A stretch of 64,000 bases of DNA, from positions 71,362,001 to 71,426,000 of the forward strand of contig NC_079171.1 in assembly GCF_947568905.1 (NCBI RefSeq). Direction: 5' to 3'. This stretch comes from Ostrea edulis. Lineage: Eukaryota. Both the position numbers and the translations under genes were made by a program. Of this stretch, positions 26,379-38,924 are shown in pieces; position 1 is the stretch's first letter; each line of letters opens with the position of its first letter. The notes under the pieces were generated by a model. It had not been told where the DNA came from. It saw nothing but the letters and a program-made list of their open reading frames with translations, and searched no databases.

Positions 26379-27990
26379 AGAACTCGATATGGCTAAACCC
26401 AGTACTCAATTATATCAGATACAGGTAAAGGGGTACCATACGGTGTAAATATATGAACCGATAGAAGAGGTCCTGTAATGGATAACTATACATAAAAATT
26501 AGATAAGTACATAAGTAAATGTGACAAGTTATAATTCACTTGCACCTGCTAGTAGTTATTTTGTGTCACTTCAGTATATTATGATTTAAGATTGCACAGC
26601 ATGCACGAATATCACGGTAAATCACACAAATTGTATTCAAATATGAGAGTGAATCTTTGAAAACAAAAGTGAAATAAGTTAAAAATAAAGATAACATGTC
26701 AGAAGTATCCAATGTGATTTTTTTCTTTGGGGTCCCAATTCCCATTGAATAAATATAGCTATGGTTCAATTGCACGGCTGTGTTTCCAATATCATGCTCA
26801 AACAGCCAAACCTAATTTCATAAATTAATTATAATAGCCACCAAAGAACCTATATTTGTATTAGGTAGTTATAGGAGAACTATTCCTCAGGAATGGTCTA
26901 ATACATAACTATGACCTTAACACGATGTTTTACCCAAAAGGATTATTGTTTTACGATTAAATTTGTAAGCTTTATCAGTAGTAGATATGTTCATATATTT
27001 AATCTTGTTCAGATGATATTTCGATAACGGTATTACTGACAGAATGATAACACTAGGCCACTTGCAATACTGTAGCTTTCTCAAAGTTTGCGAAGAAATT
27101 GCAAAGCTGCATTCAAAACAAGAAAGGGGCGTCTGCTACTGCAATACGTTTAAGTTTGAGTCTGGTGATATATCTGCAATATATCGTTAAAGTCAAACAA
27201 CAATTCGATAATCAAGTGCTAGCTTACTACAAAGATATTCATATAACCTTTTTAGTAAATCAAAATTGCCCCGCAAATACGTCCTGGCTACATGTCTTTG
27301 ACATACAAGAACGTACCGGAAAATTCCAAAATCACACAGTGATTTTACTTTAAAGAAGATAGGAGGATGCATATCCCCCTAGGCACTTTGATCACCTCTG
27401 GTATATCCAGGGATCCATTTTACCCAACTCTCTATTTTGCATTGCTTATACGAGTTACGAGATTGATCACTGTTCGTTATCTTCGCTTTTCATAAGGTGG
27501 ATGTGTTTGTCGCCTTTGTTAGCAATCACAATGAAACAATCGCAAATACGTATTGATAGCATGCCAGTAAAGACTGACAAGGAAATAACTCCAAAAAACA
27601 AAGTTTAATCACACCAGTTTTTTTTTACGTTTGTTTAGACCCAATATGATATTGTGTTAGTGTTTTTATGTAAATGTAATGAAATAAAACAAGTATGAAG
27701 TAAAACAGATATGTGTATCGTATGCTATTGTTTGAAATGGTGAGACCTTACGTATCCATAAACAGATAAACACTAATTCTTATGAACACATGCGATGGTG
27801 CTCATTTCAATTTCATTCTGATGTTTATCATTAAAGTATCTAGCTATGTAATCATGCTTTAACCTCATTTCAGGGAGAACAAAGATTTATGAATCAATTT
27901 CGAAACTATTTTTACAAGTATTGAATGCATTAATTCAGTTACATCAGAGTCAGTACTGGTAGTAGTTGTGTACATTTGTTTCTCTTTCAG

Positions 27991-28062
27991 GTATCTATAT
28001 AGCAATCAAATAAAAGAAATACCACAGACAGCATTCTCCAAGCTTCTGAATTTGCAAAGCCT
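27991..28062 (+). CDS. 72-nt single-LRR exon (copy 1) of an intron-rich LRR/LRRCT gene; encodes YLYSNQIKEIPQTAFSKLLNLQS(L)
   Basis: Acceptor catttgtttctctttcag|g and donor ct|gtaagt. Length is 72 nt, phase 2-2, with no stop. The translation fits the 24-aa extracellular LRR consensus xLxxNxIxxIxxxxFxxLxxLxxL. Confidence 0.93.
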
Positions 28063-28483
28063 GTAAGTATACTTTATCTGAAAATTTGAAAAGAAACGGA
28101 ATTCAAAATACTATATCCTTTTACAAAAATAACCGCTTTATGAAATGCAACAATGTGTATTTTGATTTACTAAAACATAAGAAATTATCTTTTATAACAT
28201 ATGCGCATGTATAAACAAACAAGTTTCTATATTTAATGCAGTATCGTTAATCTGGTAACGATAATCACCACATTGACATTGACAATCTTAAAGAATGTTA
28301 TTATCTATAGCATTATCACATTAAAGGACATATCTTGTGTTTTCAAAGTATACAGAATTGTATGCATTTTGTCTTCCTTATGCTTATAGAACTTAATTGT
28401 AATAATTCATTAGTAACCCTAACCCTGAAGTATTGCTAGAATTAGCAACAATATGGACTTAAATCTAAGCCCCGATTAAAAAA

Positions 28484-29261
28484 GTTATCTAGATAGGTAG
28501 TGAGGTGGTACAGTTATCTAGATAGGCAGTGAGGTGGTACATTTATCTAGATAGGCAGTGAGGTGGTACAGTTATCCAGATAGGTAGTGAGGCGGTACAG
28601 TTATCTAGATAGGTAGTGAGGTGGTACAGTTATCTAGATAGGTAGTGAGGTGGTACAGTTATCTAGATAGGTAGTGAGGTGGTACAGTTATCTAGATAGG
28701 TAGTGAGGTGGTACAGTTATCTAGATAGGTAGTGAGGTGGTACAGTTATCTAGATAGGTAGTGAGGTGGTACAGTTATCTAGATAGGTAGTGAGGTGGTA
28801 GAACTAGTTATCTAGATAGATAGTGAGGTGGTACAGTTATATAGATAGGTAGTGAGGTGGTACAGTTATATAGATAGGTAGTGAGGTGGTACAGTTATCT
28901 AAATAGGTAGTGAGGTGGTACAGTTATCTAGATAGGTAGTGAGTTGGTACAGTTATATAGATAGGTAGTGAGGTGGTACAGTTATCTAGATAGGTAGTGA
29001 GGTGGTACAGTTATCTAAATAGGTAGTGAGGTGGTACAGTTATCTAGATAGGTAGTGAGGTGGTACAGTTATCTAGATAGGTAGTGATGTGGTAGAACTA
29101 GTTATCTATATAGGTAGTGAGGTGGTAGAACTAGTTATCTAGATAGGTAGTGACGTGGTAGAACTAGTTATCTAGATAGGTAGTTACGTGGTAGAACTAG
29201 TTATCTAGATAGATAGTGAGGTGGTAAAACTAGTTATCTAGATAGGTAGTGAGGTGGTACA
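28484..29261. repeat. Minisatellite, 26 units of 29 bp (gttatctagataggtagtgaggtggtaca) and a 33-bp variant (..ggtagaacta)
   Basis: Counted order: 10x29, 1x33, 9x29, 5x33, 1x29. There are no spacers. Confidence 0.97.
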
Positions 29262-30201
29262 GTGTCATCATATGCGATCTTAATCAATCAGCTTTTTGTA
29301 AAAGTAGTGTAAGATATTTTCAAAAAACTCGGGTTTTAGGTGCCTAATTTATTTACCATGGATAACATTTATTTCCATGTTGACAACTTTCCCGAGTATT
29401 ATATCATTTAGCCACTAGTGCATACAAATAGTGACTCGAATGTAGCGAGGAAAGCGAGTATGAAATCTGCATTTGCGAGTAAATAATGTTTACATGGAAT
29501 CGTTGTCTAAACATTATTTGACAATGCCATTTCTTTAAACAACTGTAATTAGCGTTGCTGCTTTTCTAAAATAAAAAGTGCAATTATTATCAATTTTATT
29601 TTGAATAACTTAGATAGGCCTACATTACGATACGATTACTTATCATTGACAGCTAGGCCTATTGTCACAGGTGCATTTCGAAAGAAAAACAAAAAACAAA
29701 TAGATCAGAATGATCAAATTTATAGTGAAAATCACATTACTTTTAAATCATTCCATTTTATTAATCATTTTTTTTTTAAATCTACACAATGTTACTTAAG
29801 AAGTGGGAGCGCGGCGTGCTGTTGTTCTTACGTACGCGTTCCTTAAAAAATGAAAGCATTAGACTTCAATTAAGATTTGGAAAATATCATATTTTATGAT
29901 TTATAATTGAAAGTTCAATTGTCTTTTATCTTTAAATTTCTTTTTTTAAAACTACCAGCTGCTAGAAACTGCGATCACAAGTTATACTTATATGTTGTTA
30001 CAAGGTGAAAGTCAATTGGTGCGAGTGTGTATTGAATTTGAGAGCAGAATGGAAAGCATATACAGTTGCACTATATGTAACAGTGCGTAGCTTCGATATA
30101 ACAATTTTCTCGCAGTGTATCTGCGTCTTTGTCCAAGTGCTTGTTTGAAAAGTACAGGGACAATTTATACTGGGTTTCTAAGGCAAGGTCGTTGTGCCGA
30201 C

Positions 30202-31046
30202 TGTCGCAGGATGGACGCCAGGCATTAAACTATGAAGACGAGTTTTAAGGTTTATACTGTTTTAATACACTCAAGTTATACACAAATGTTCATCCTTTAC
30301 CGTTTTTCAAATAGGAGTCAAATGATTAAGGGATCTGTAACGATAAAATTTGTAAAAACAATTTATACAGATATACTGTTACAATACACACACAACACTT
30401 ACTTTACTTCACTTTACACAGACTACATTTTGCTGCAGGTACATTTTACACATTGCATTTTACTGCATACTTCACTATACTATACTTAATAGCATTTTAC
30501 TGCATATACACATTACACACTGCATTTTACTGCATATACACTTTACACACTGCATTTTACTGCATACTCTGGTGGTTTCCAATACTCTGGCATGAACAGT
30601 ACACCGTACATATACGTTTAGGTAAATACATATACATTTGAAGTAAAATAGCATATTAATGTATTGTATACTCACAATAACTATCACAGTAAATTCTAAT
30701 ATAAAGTATAAAGAACTTTGTACGTTGGCCATTTTAGGAATAAATGTGGAATGAAAATATTGAAGTAATGAGTAAACTTACCTAAGAAGTAGTGGACTCT
30801 GGTCACAAGGTATCAAAACTTGATGACTATTACTAGATAAAATACATGAATATCAATGCGGATAAACACGTCCGCACCCGGCAATTGCTACACCCAAACT
30901 AACTGCACGGGATTTAAATGTTCAAGCATACCTGGTGAACGATTCGCATACTATGGAAACACATTGAGATATTTAATTATTTAACATGATAAAGATCCTA
31001 ACATCTATGGAGCTATAATCGGGAAATATATACATTAATTGTAACA
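30202..31046. mobile_element. Solo LTR, 845 bp, with an internal ~30-bp degenerate tandem (about 30430-30565)
   Basis: TG...CA termini (tgtcgcagg...tgtaaca), a 5-bp TSD ccgac (30197-30201 / 31047-31051), and an empty site gtgccgacaaaac at about 47240 in copy 2. Confidence 0.88.
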
Positions 31047-32477
31047 CCGACAAAACATATTCACGTCTTGTCCCTCATACCTCCCTTCGAAAATTGAAAA
31101 AAAAAATCAGTCCAAATACTCTGTACTGACAGCAAGTACACCCTTAAACGGCACAACACACCCTAATAGAGTGTTAATTACTAGCCGTTAATGTGATAAT
31201 TGATTTTTTTGTCAATTAAATCTAATCTAAATATCTATGTCATGATGTATGTGAATCTAGACGGACAGAACCAATGCTGAATAACTCCGGTGCGAGCTGG
31301 ATAGAAGGTCGTCGAGGACAAAAATAAGAATATTGCTATTTCAAAGTTCTCCAAGAATTTATAACCGCACGAATTAGAGAGTCCATTGACAACGGAGGGG
31401 TAATTTCGTGCAATGACGGAATTTCTTCAGAACAAAGTAAATGCTGATTTCTTTGTACTAAACGACAGCACCATTGTTTAGGTAGACAGATAATGACAAT
31501 CGCACAATAAGTAATGTACCCATGATGCAGGGATATGAGTATTTACTTTACAGTGTTGGAAAATTGAAAGATTTCCGTCTAAATTTACAAATTGATGACA
31601 CAATAATGTCGCTTGTGCAACATCTGAGGCAACTGTCATTTAACGTTTGCAAAAAAAAAAAATCCATAGAAAGGTGATTGAAATAAAAATAAACATTATA
31701 AAGAAAATCAACATATCATCAGCATGATTTTCATCTCGTCGTACCGAAGAAAAAACACAGATATTTGAATCTGTGTTGATATGTGCCCTAGGAATACAAT
31801 TGTAAGGTTTTTAGGTTAGATTAGTTTTATTCCTGACTTATACCTCCCATACTCTGAATTATTGTTTAGGGTTAGGATTAGGGTTAATATCACAAATAGC
31901 CAAGCACTTACAATCACAGCGGATAGTCATCCCCTTTCATAATGACAATACTTTGAGGTTTGTAATGCAATCAGATATATATTTTTGAATGCCCCCTCCC
32001 TTATTTTTCACAGTATTAGTGAATTAAGATAATTTAATCAAGCTTTCTAATCCTCAAATAGTAACACAATCATACGCCCAACCCTATCCCCACGGAGTAA
32101 GTAAAATGAGGAATTTCTTTTTATTTGAGGCATTATACGACACCCTTACGAATTTTGTTGTTTTCATTCGTTCGTTCTTTTTTCTTGTTGTCTGTGCTTG
32201 TCAAATTTAAAAAAAACAACCATGTATCCAGTAATGCTCTGTAGTAATAGTACATGTTGTTAAGCTTCCTGAAAATTAACAAATGTAAAACGAAGCACCA
32301 TATATAAATGAAAAGTGTCTGTAAAAGACATGGCTTTCAGAAAGCAAAACTCTTCAAAAATGTGTTGGTGAAAGTACTCTATAAAACTTCTTCATCGTCA
32401 ACTTCCCATATTTATTTTTCAACTAATTTAAAGGTTCTATAAAATCAAGTTGCACATTTTCAAATATACATATTGTT

Positions 32478-32940
32478 TTATCATACTTTCATGTAAAATA
32501 CTCGAACTTGATTGGTCGAGAAGCATTGGAAAAAACATAGTGTTACCCTCTGAGAAAAAAAAAACCACGCCTCCCAGGGTGATAGTATCTAGCAACGAGT
32601 AACAGTACTTGACAACGGGTGATATTATAAAAATATATCACATGCGTCAAATTTATGCGCGTACGGTTTGCCGTAGATTGCTAGACGACGTCTTTTGAGC
32701 GTTTGTAATAAACGCGAGTACCCGCATCGAAATACGAAATATCACATGACAGTGATTGATCAAATGTCAACAGACGTAAGTTTTTCTACTTTCCAGTTTA
32801 CACAACATTCAGTATAATAAAACAAATATTGCATGTAGTTGAGGGTAACATTGGAATTTTCATCCCTCGAGAAACCATTGTCAACCTCGGGGTGAAAATT
32901 TTCAATGTTACCCTCAACTAGATGCAATATTTATATAATC
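32478..32940. repeat. Non-autonomous interspersed repeat ending in a long palindrome; superfamily uncertain (possibly Crypton-like); paralog at about 49398-49880
   Basis: Starts ttatcatactttcatgtaaaatactcgaacttgattggtcgag; inverted arms span 32824-32932. Confidence 0.55.
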
Positions 32941-33026
32941 TTACATTGTACATGTACCTCAACCTAGTGCACATATGTACGCATCACTACTACACTATAC
33001 ATTTTTGTACTACAACCACGGTATAT

Positions 33027-33612
33027 ATAGTTGAGCAAACACGGACCCCTGGGCAACACCAGAGGTGGGATCAGGTACCTAGGAGGAGTAAGCATCCCAT
33101 GTTCACGGGTCACACCCGCCGTGAGCCCTATATCCTGATTAGGTAAATGGAGTTATCCGCAGTCAAAATCAGTGTGCCATGAACGGCTTAACAATCGCTA
33201 TGAAACATGTCAGACAACATTTGACCCAATGCGAGGTTGTATTGACGAAATAGATCATTATAACGACCATAGAATTTGCAAATGTTGACTTCAATCGAGA
33301 CTGTTGAAACCCCTGCACCATCAACTTGTTTGTCAGTTCCTTACCTCGATTTAAAAACTGACTATACGCAAAACAAGCTCTTGCATATCGAATCAGTTGA
33401 GATATATAAACACCATATGCAGGTGATAATGGAATATTGTTACACAAATATGGGAAGTTGACGATGAAGAATCTGAAATCATCCCGTTTGTCATACAGTT
33501 GAGTTGTCAGTTTCCGTTATTGTCTACTTTCAATAAAATATCTAAGGAAGGAAGCAGAAGTGGACGACTCTGTGATGTCCTTTATTTCGAACTCACAGGG
33601 ATATATCAAATA
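33027..33612 (-). mobile_element. Naiad-type RT thumb and 3' UTR fragment, found only in duplication copy 1
   Basis: Track ORF 33169-33447 (IPLSPAYGVYISQLIRYARAC). It is not present at the equivalent position (about 49965) in copy 2. Confidence 0.85.
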
Positions 33613-36006
33613 TCAGTAATGAGATAGATAAGTGTGAAAGTAGAATACGTCTGAAGCAATATGACAAACTCGATATCATACAATGTTGAGAATCGTCAGC
33701 TACGTAATGTACTGTTAGGTGTGTCTGCTAGGCCCAAACTAACCAAATGATACCAATATTTAAAATACGATATTTCTTAATCAGAAATTCAAAACCTGAT
33801 TTAGAGGTAGAGGTAAAAGTTTGGAATAAAATTATTCATCTACCTGAATACAAATTTTGTTCTTATCAACGGAACTCAATTTTTACTTTAAATGTGACAC
33901 CCTCTTTCTCTACTGCTACGTCATGTTCTGAGCAATTTGTGGCTATCAAAACAAAAGAGAGTTAGTAGAAATAACACAGTGTGCATATGTTGTCGTGTCG
34001 CCAAACAACTTAGCCATTACATACAATTTTTCATTCGACGGAAATGTAGTCACTTTGTTTAAAATTTCCGAAATTCAGAGAACACCCAGTTTTTAACCCA
34101 TAGAAAAACGGGATGAGTTCAGCTTTTCCATGGTCAACTTCCCAGATTTATGTACCAGTATCCCATTACCAGTTGCATATGGTGTTAATATCACTCAACT
34201 GATTGAATACCCAAGAGCTTGTTCTGCACTTGGTCAGTTTATAAATCAAGGAGATTTACTGACAAACAAGTTGACGGTACAGGGGCTTCAACAGTATCGT
34301 TTAAAGTCAACATTTCAAAAAATATATGGTCGTTATGATGATTTAGTTTGCCTATACAACCAAACATTGTATTGAATGCAGTCAGACGTGTTTCATAACG
34401 ATTGTTAGACCGTTCTTGGCACACTGTTTTTGACTAAGGATAATTTCGATTACCTGATCAAGATAGACGGTTCATGGCTGGTGTGACCGGTCGACGTGGA
34501 ATGTGTATTTCTCCTAGGCACCTTGTCCAACCTCTGGTGTGCCCAGGGGTCCGCGTTTGCCCAACTCCCTATTTAGTATTCCTTATATGGCTTATACGAT
34601 TGATCACTATTCGTTAGCTTCACCTTTCACATAACTCCATTTCTAAGTTGAATGCTGCCGGATATGATATTAAGATTTGTAGAGGTAGTGGATATTTTGT
34701 CAGAGAAAATAAGATATGCATAAGGATTTCAATATTGAAGATGTCGAACAGTGATGAATCTCATAACTCATAACATACGAGAGGTGGAGGTTGGTGCCTA
34801 AGAGGAGTAAGCACCCTTTATAAACTGGCCACATCCGGTCAATCTCTTTGTCAGGTAAACGGAATAAATCATAGTCAAAATCAGTTCAGCAAGATGCAAT
34901 AAAACAAAAAGTGACCGACCAGTATTCCGACGGTCCGATAGTCCGACGGGCTGGTATGTCAACAAGTAAGGTGGCATGGACAACTTAATGAGTTTGTATA
35001 ATTTAATCATTAAATCATATAATAAAATGAATGTTGGGGTCGTCCCTTGGGCTCGATGAATATTGTACTACTCTGGCGGCTTAATCACTGTATTTACCTC
35101 AAAAACAGCAATAGTTGTGTAATATTACATTTCTGATCAATTTGTTAGTTAATGGAATCTCTTAACTATCTTCCAAAGCATTGCATAATAAGGGGAAATT
35201 TGGTTATAATTCTCATTTTCAGTATGAAAGCAGAGAAATGGAAAGTTGTTTTTAAAACAGCATTCCTCATATGTTTCAAACATCAGCTTATACCACAGGC
35301 ATGTGTTTGAGTAACAGGCATTCTGATGAGTTGGGTCTGGTAATAGTGGGGGGAATGATGTCCTACAGCGGAAAACCGAGAAGGGGGTCAGTAAAAGTCT
35401 TAGGTAAAACGTACAACTATTTACAGTATTAGCCGACATTATCTTCATATTTATGTTATAAACATTATCAATTTACTAGAAGTGGAATAAACATGTTGTT
35501 TATCGGCTGTATTTCCTGAAAATAAGTTCGATATAAACTAGTGTAAACATTTTCTTCGTTATGAACGCCATTTAATGGCAGGGCACTGTAATGTACAATC
35601 TCAATCGGTTACTTAGTGATATTTTGAGTTTTATTCCAAATTATTTTAGAGGGGATTTTTACCAGCATAATATACTTCATTTGCTTTTTTTTAACTGGGG
35701 CATATTTCACGCCTTATCGTAACAGCTTCTTCTACAATTAAGTCACTTCTTTTAAGGTCTTGACTCACCTGGATAGCGACACCGGGGCTCTGTTTTTCCT
35801 TTTTCGCTCTTTTTGCTTTTTAGGTTTTTTTATTTTTTCTTTCCCTTTTTTGCCAATAAACATGATTATTGCAAATATTATGAATGTATGGATGAATGTT
35901 ATTTTTACCAAATCATACCATTAATGTGAACACGTTTTTTTTTTTTTACTTTCTGTACACGACAGCTCATTGTAACATTCATTTGGCTTTGATTGATTAT
36001 ACAGAT

Positions 36007-36177
36007 TCAGGATATGGGGCTCACGGTGGGTGTGACCGGTGAACAGGGGATGCTTACTCCTCCTATGCACCTGATCCCACCTCTGGTGTCCAGGGGTCCG
36101 TGTTTGCCCAACTATATATTGTGTATTGCTTATAGGAGTCATGAGATTGATCACTGTTCGTTATCTTCACCTTGCAT
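36007..36177 (+). mobile_element. Young Naiad-type 3' tail, found only in duplication copy 1
   Basis: Near-consensus tail; empty site gattataaagattaaaacttac at about 54310-54330. Confidence 0.85.
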
Positions 36178-36689
36178 TATAAAACTTACAACACGTGTAG
36201 CAGTCTTTTACGATCGACCAAAATATCATTTATGTCTCATACTATTTCCTTTTCAAGAGGACAGCTCACCGAAGCTTGTTTTTGCTTTAAAAATCAACAC
36301 TGTAAAACTGTATGAGAATGAAATGTGATTTATTTTAGACAACAAATGACGAAGATGAAGGTTCATACAAAGAAGGGGGGAAATCAGCGATCCACGAACA
36401 CTGTCATAATCTTGCACAATATATCAACCCATCATTTCTGATTTCCCCCATATAGATAATTTCACAAATAAATATGGTACTGACCAGTTCAAACAGGGGA
36501 AAATCAGTAGATACATACAATGTAATTACAAAGGATTTCAACACATCTGTCCTGATTTTCCCCATACATGATTATCATAAATAACAAACAACGACTAGTT
36601 AAAATACAGACCTTGGAAACTTGTTCCAAAGTGTACAACAAGCAAAAAGAGGCGAACAAAAAGGGCGAAAGATATTATTAACAAATCAT

Positions 36690-36951
36690 ATTCAGAGCCA
36701 TCCAAGGTCCCATCCATTTGGTGCCGTGAATTGGGAGACATCTGTTCTGGGGGAACGTTTGAAGTTTGGGCCCGTGCCTGCTCCTGGACGATGTGTCTCG
36801 CCAGTTTGGCATAGTATATGGTGGGTGTCAACTCTGCAGGCTCTTGTTCCACAGACGGGTTGTGTGGTGTTACACTGTGACGGCTGGACTTCTTTGGAGC
36901 AGGCCGGGGTGAAGATGGTCGCTTCCTTGAAGTGGCTTTGCCCTTTGTCAT
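36690..36951 (-). pseudogene. Possible truncated gag/ORF1-like N-terminus (MTKGKATSRKRPSSPRPAPKK...IYYAKLARHIVQEQ)
   Basis: Basic low-complexity start followed by an I.Y.KLA..I helix, which resembles ORF1 starts of tyrosine-recombinase retroelements. This is pattern recognition only. Confidence 0.35.
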
Positions 36952-37555
36952 GTTTGCTAAAACATAATTAACCACAGTAAATCTGGGCATCAAGGAAAAA
37001 GGGACATGTCAACTTCCAACAAACCTGATGAGTGAGAAAGTTGGCAAACTAATACTACTGTAAACACCAAACAGTATACCACATGACATCCAGCATAGAT
37101 ATAAACAGTTCGCCTGTATATGAAAATGGACTTGTACATCGCAACAAGGGCTATTGTTCATGATAACTGAATTTTACTGAAATTCAATAGCCCAAAGCAT
37201 ACCTCTAGGCACAATAATATATAGATAATATAACGTGATAGAAAGAAACTAAATGCCAAATCTGGAGGCTGTTTTTAGTTATCAAAGAATATAGATATAG
37301 TACCATAAGTAGGTATCTGGGAAATATGCAACACTTTTCTAACCCGTTTCGTAATAGTAGCGGCATACCGCTAACCTTTCCCTAATTTTAAATCATACTC
37401 ATGTTAATTGATAACAATGGAGTATCATACTAAAATGCCTCTCAGAGTAACAGACATTGCATTTAATGTATCTCTATAGCACAGGAATTGCACTCTGCCT
37501 TGCTGCTACCTTAAAATATAGACATATATATAGTTTATATCTATATAACTCTGCA

Positions 37556-38215
37556 ACCACACACTAAATGTTTCCGTGCAATAATGACACATTATACTGA
37601 ATGCTTTCTGGTAATTGTGTAAACATTATACTGAATGCTTCTTGGTAATTATGAAAACATTATACTGAATATTTCCTTGCAATAATGAAACATTATACTG
37701 AATTCTTCTTGGTAATTATGTAAACATTATACTGAATGTTTCCTTGCAATAATGAAACATTATACAGAATGCTTCCTGGTAATTATGTAAACATTATACT
37801 GAATGCTTCTTGGTAATTATGTAAACATTATACTGAATGTTTCCTTGCAATAATGAAACATTATACTGAATGCTTCTTGGTAAGTATGTAAACATTATAC
37901 TGAATGTTTCCTTGCAATAATGAAACATTATACTGAATGCTTCTTGGTAAGTATGTAAACATTATACTGAATATTTCCTTGCAATAATGAAACATTATAC
38001 TGAATGCTTCCTGGTAATTATGTAAACCTTATACTGAATGCTTCTTGGTAATTCTGAAAACATTATACTGAATGTGTCCTTGCAATAATGAAGCATTATA
38101 GTGAATGCTTCTTGGTAATATGTAAACATTATACTGAATGTTCCTAATAATAATGAAGCAGTATACCAACTGCTTCTTTGTAATTATGTAAATAAACATT
38201 ATGCCCAATGTTTCT
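37556..38215. repeat. Minisatellite, about 20 monomers of two alternating types: A 34 bp (aacattatactgaatgcttcttggtaattatgta) and B 33 bp (aacattatactgaatgtttccttgcaataatga)
   Basis: Read directly; order approximately B A A B A B A A B A B A B A A B A B A B. Confidence 0.93.
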
Positions 38216-38327
38216 TTGAAGATATTGAAGAATGCTTTATTAAAGTGTTCCAGACACCAATAACACCCATGGCCTACATAGGCAAGGCCTAAAATAACTC
38301 AAGTTTGCATTTAATTTAGTTTTATGT

Positions 38328-38924
38328 TTATACTGGCCTGATATCTTTGGAGTTAATAATTATGGCGTTGCGTATACTCCGCAGAAACTTCCTCAGGGGC
38401 TGATGATTGGCTTGAGTACATAGCAGGTGTACTCCATCTGGGTCGATGTATGAGAGGGACTTCCAGAATCCACGGTGTGGCCAAAACACAATCCCTTGTA
38501 CGTCCGATAACTTTTCTTTTAGCAAGTGGTTCACTGACTGTACCATCTCGTTAAACTGTGGACAGGACGCATATGGCAGCCGACGCAACAACTGGCCAAC
38601 GATAACTTTTTTTACGCCAACTCCGTCGCGCAGATAACAAGCCAGCGAAAAAATGTCCTCTGAGATTTTCCCTGGTTCGCTACGGGGTGATATGTCATTT
38701 TCACCGATCTGCATGAAACATATATCGGGGGTTGTGTCAAAGTGCAGAATGTTTGCATTGAAACGAATATGTCTAAGACATAAACCTCCGTTTCCCCGTA
38801 ATGAAACTTGGAATTTGTCGTTGTCCAAACGTAAGTTCATTATGTTGTGGCGTTGCAAATAAACATGCAAACGGCGCACATATGAATGTCCTATCACCAT
38901 TGCCTTGCACGTTTGATCCGCCAT
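38328..38924 (-). CDS. SGNH/GDSL-type hydrolase (esterase), 198 aa from MADQTCKAMVIGHS; probably mobile-element cargo
   Basis: Uninterrupted ORF with all four SGNH blocks in order: GHS, GNGG, QIGEND, DGVH. Confidence 0.8.
   Translation of the reverse strand: MADQTCKAMVIGHSYVRRLHVYLQRHNIMNLRLDNDKFQVSLRGNGGLCLRHIRFNANILHFDTTPDICFMQIGENDISPRSEPGKISEDIFSLACYLRDGVGVKKVIVGQLLRRLPYASCPQFNEMVQSVNHLLKEKLSDVQGIVFWPHRGFWKSLSYIDPDGVHLLCTQANHQPLRKFLRSIRNAIIINSKDIRPV

Noticed and set aside
28484-29261. CRISPR-like appearance of the 29-bp repeats (also 45822-46309 and 37556-38215)
   Set aside because: Units are directly adjacent with no unique spacers, there are no cas genes, and the context is eukaryotic. 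These are minisatellites.
32014-32096. Exon-like interval with strong splice signals (paralog near 48200)
   Set aside because: 83 nt with stops in all frames in both copies. It could only be a non-coding or poison exon, and there is no evidence for that.
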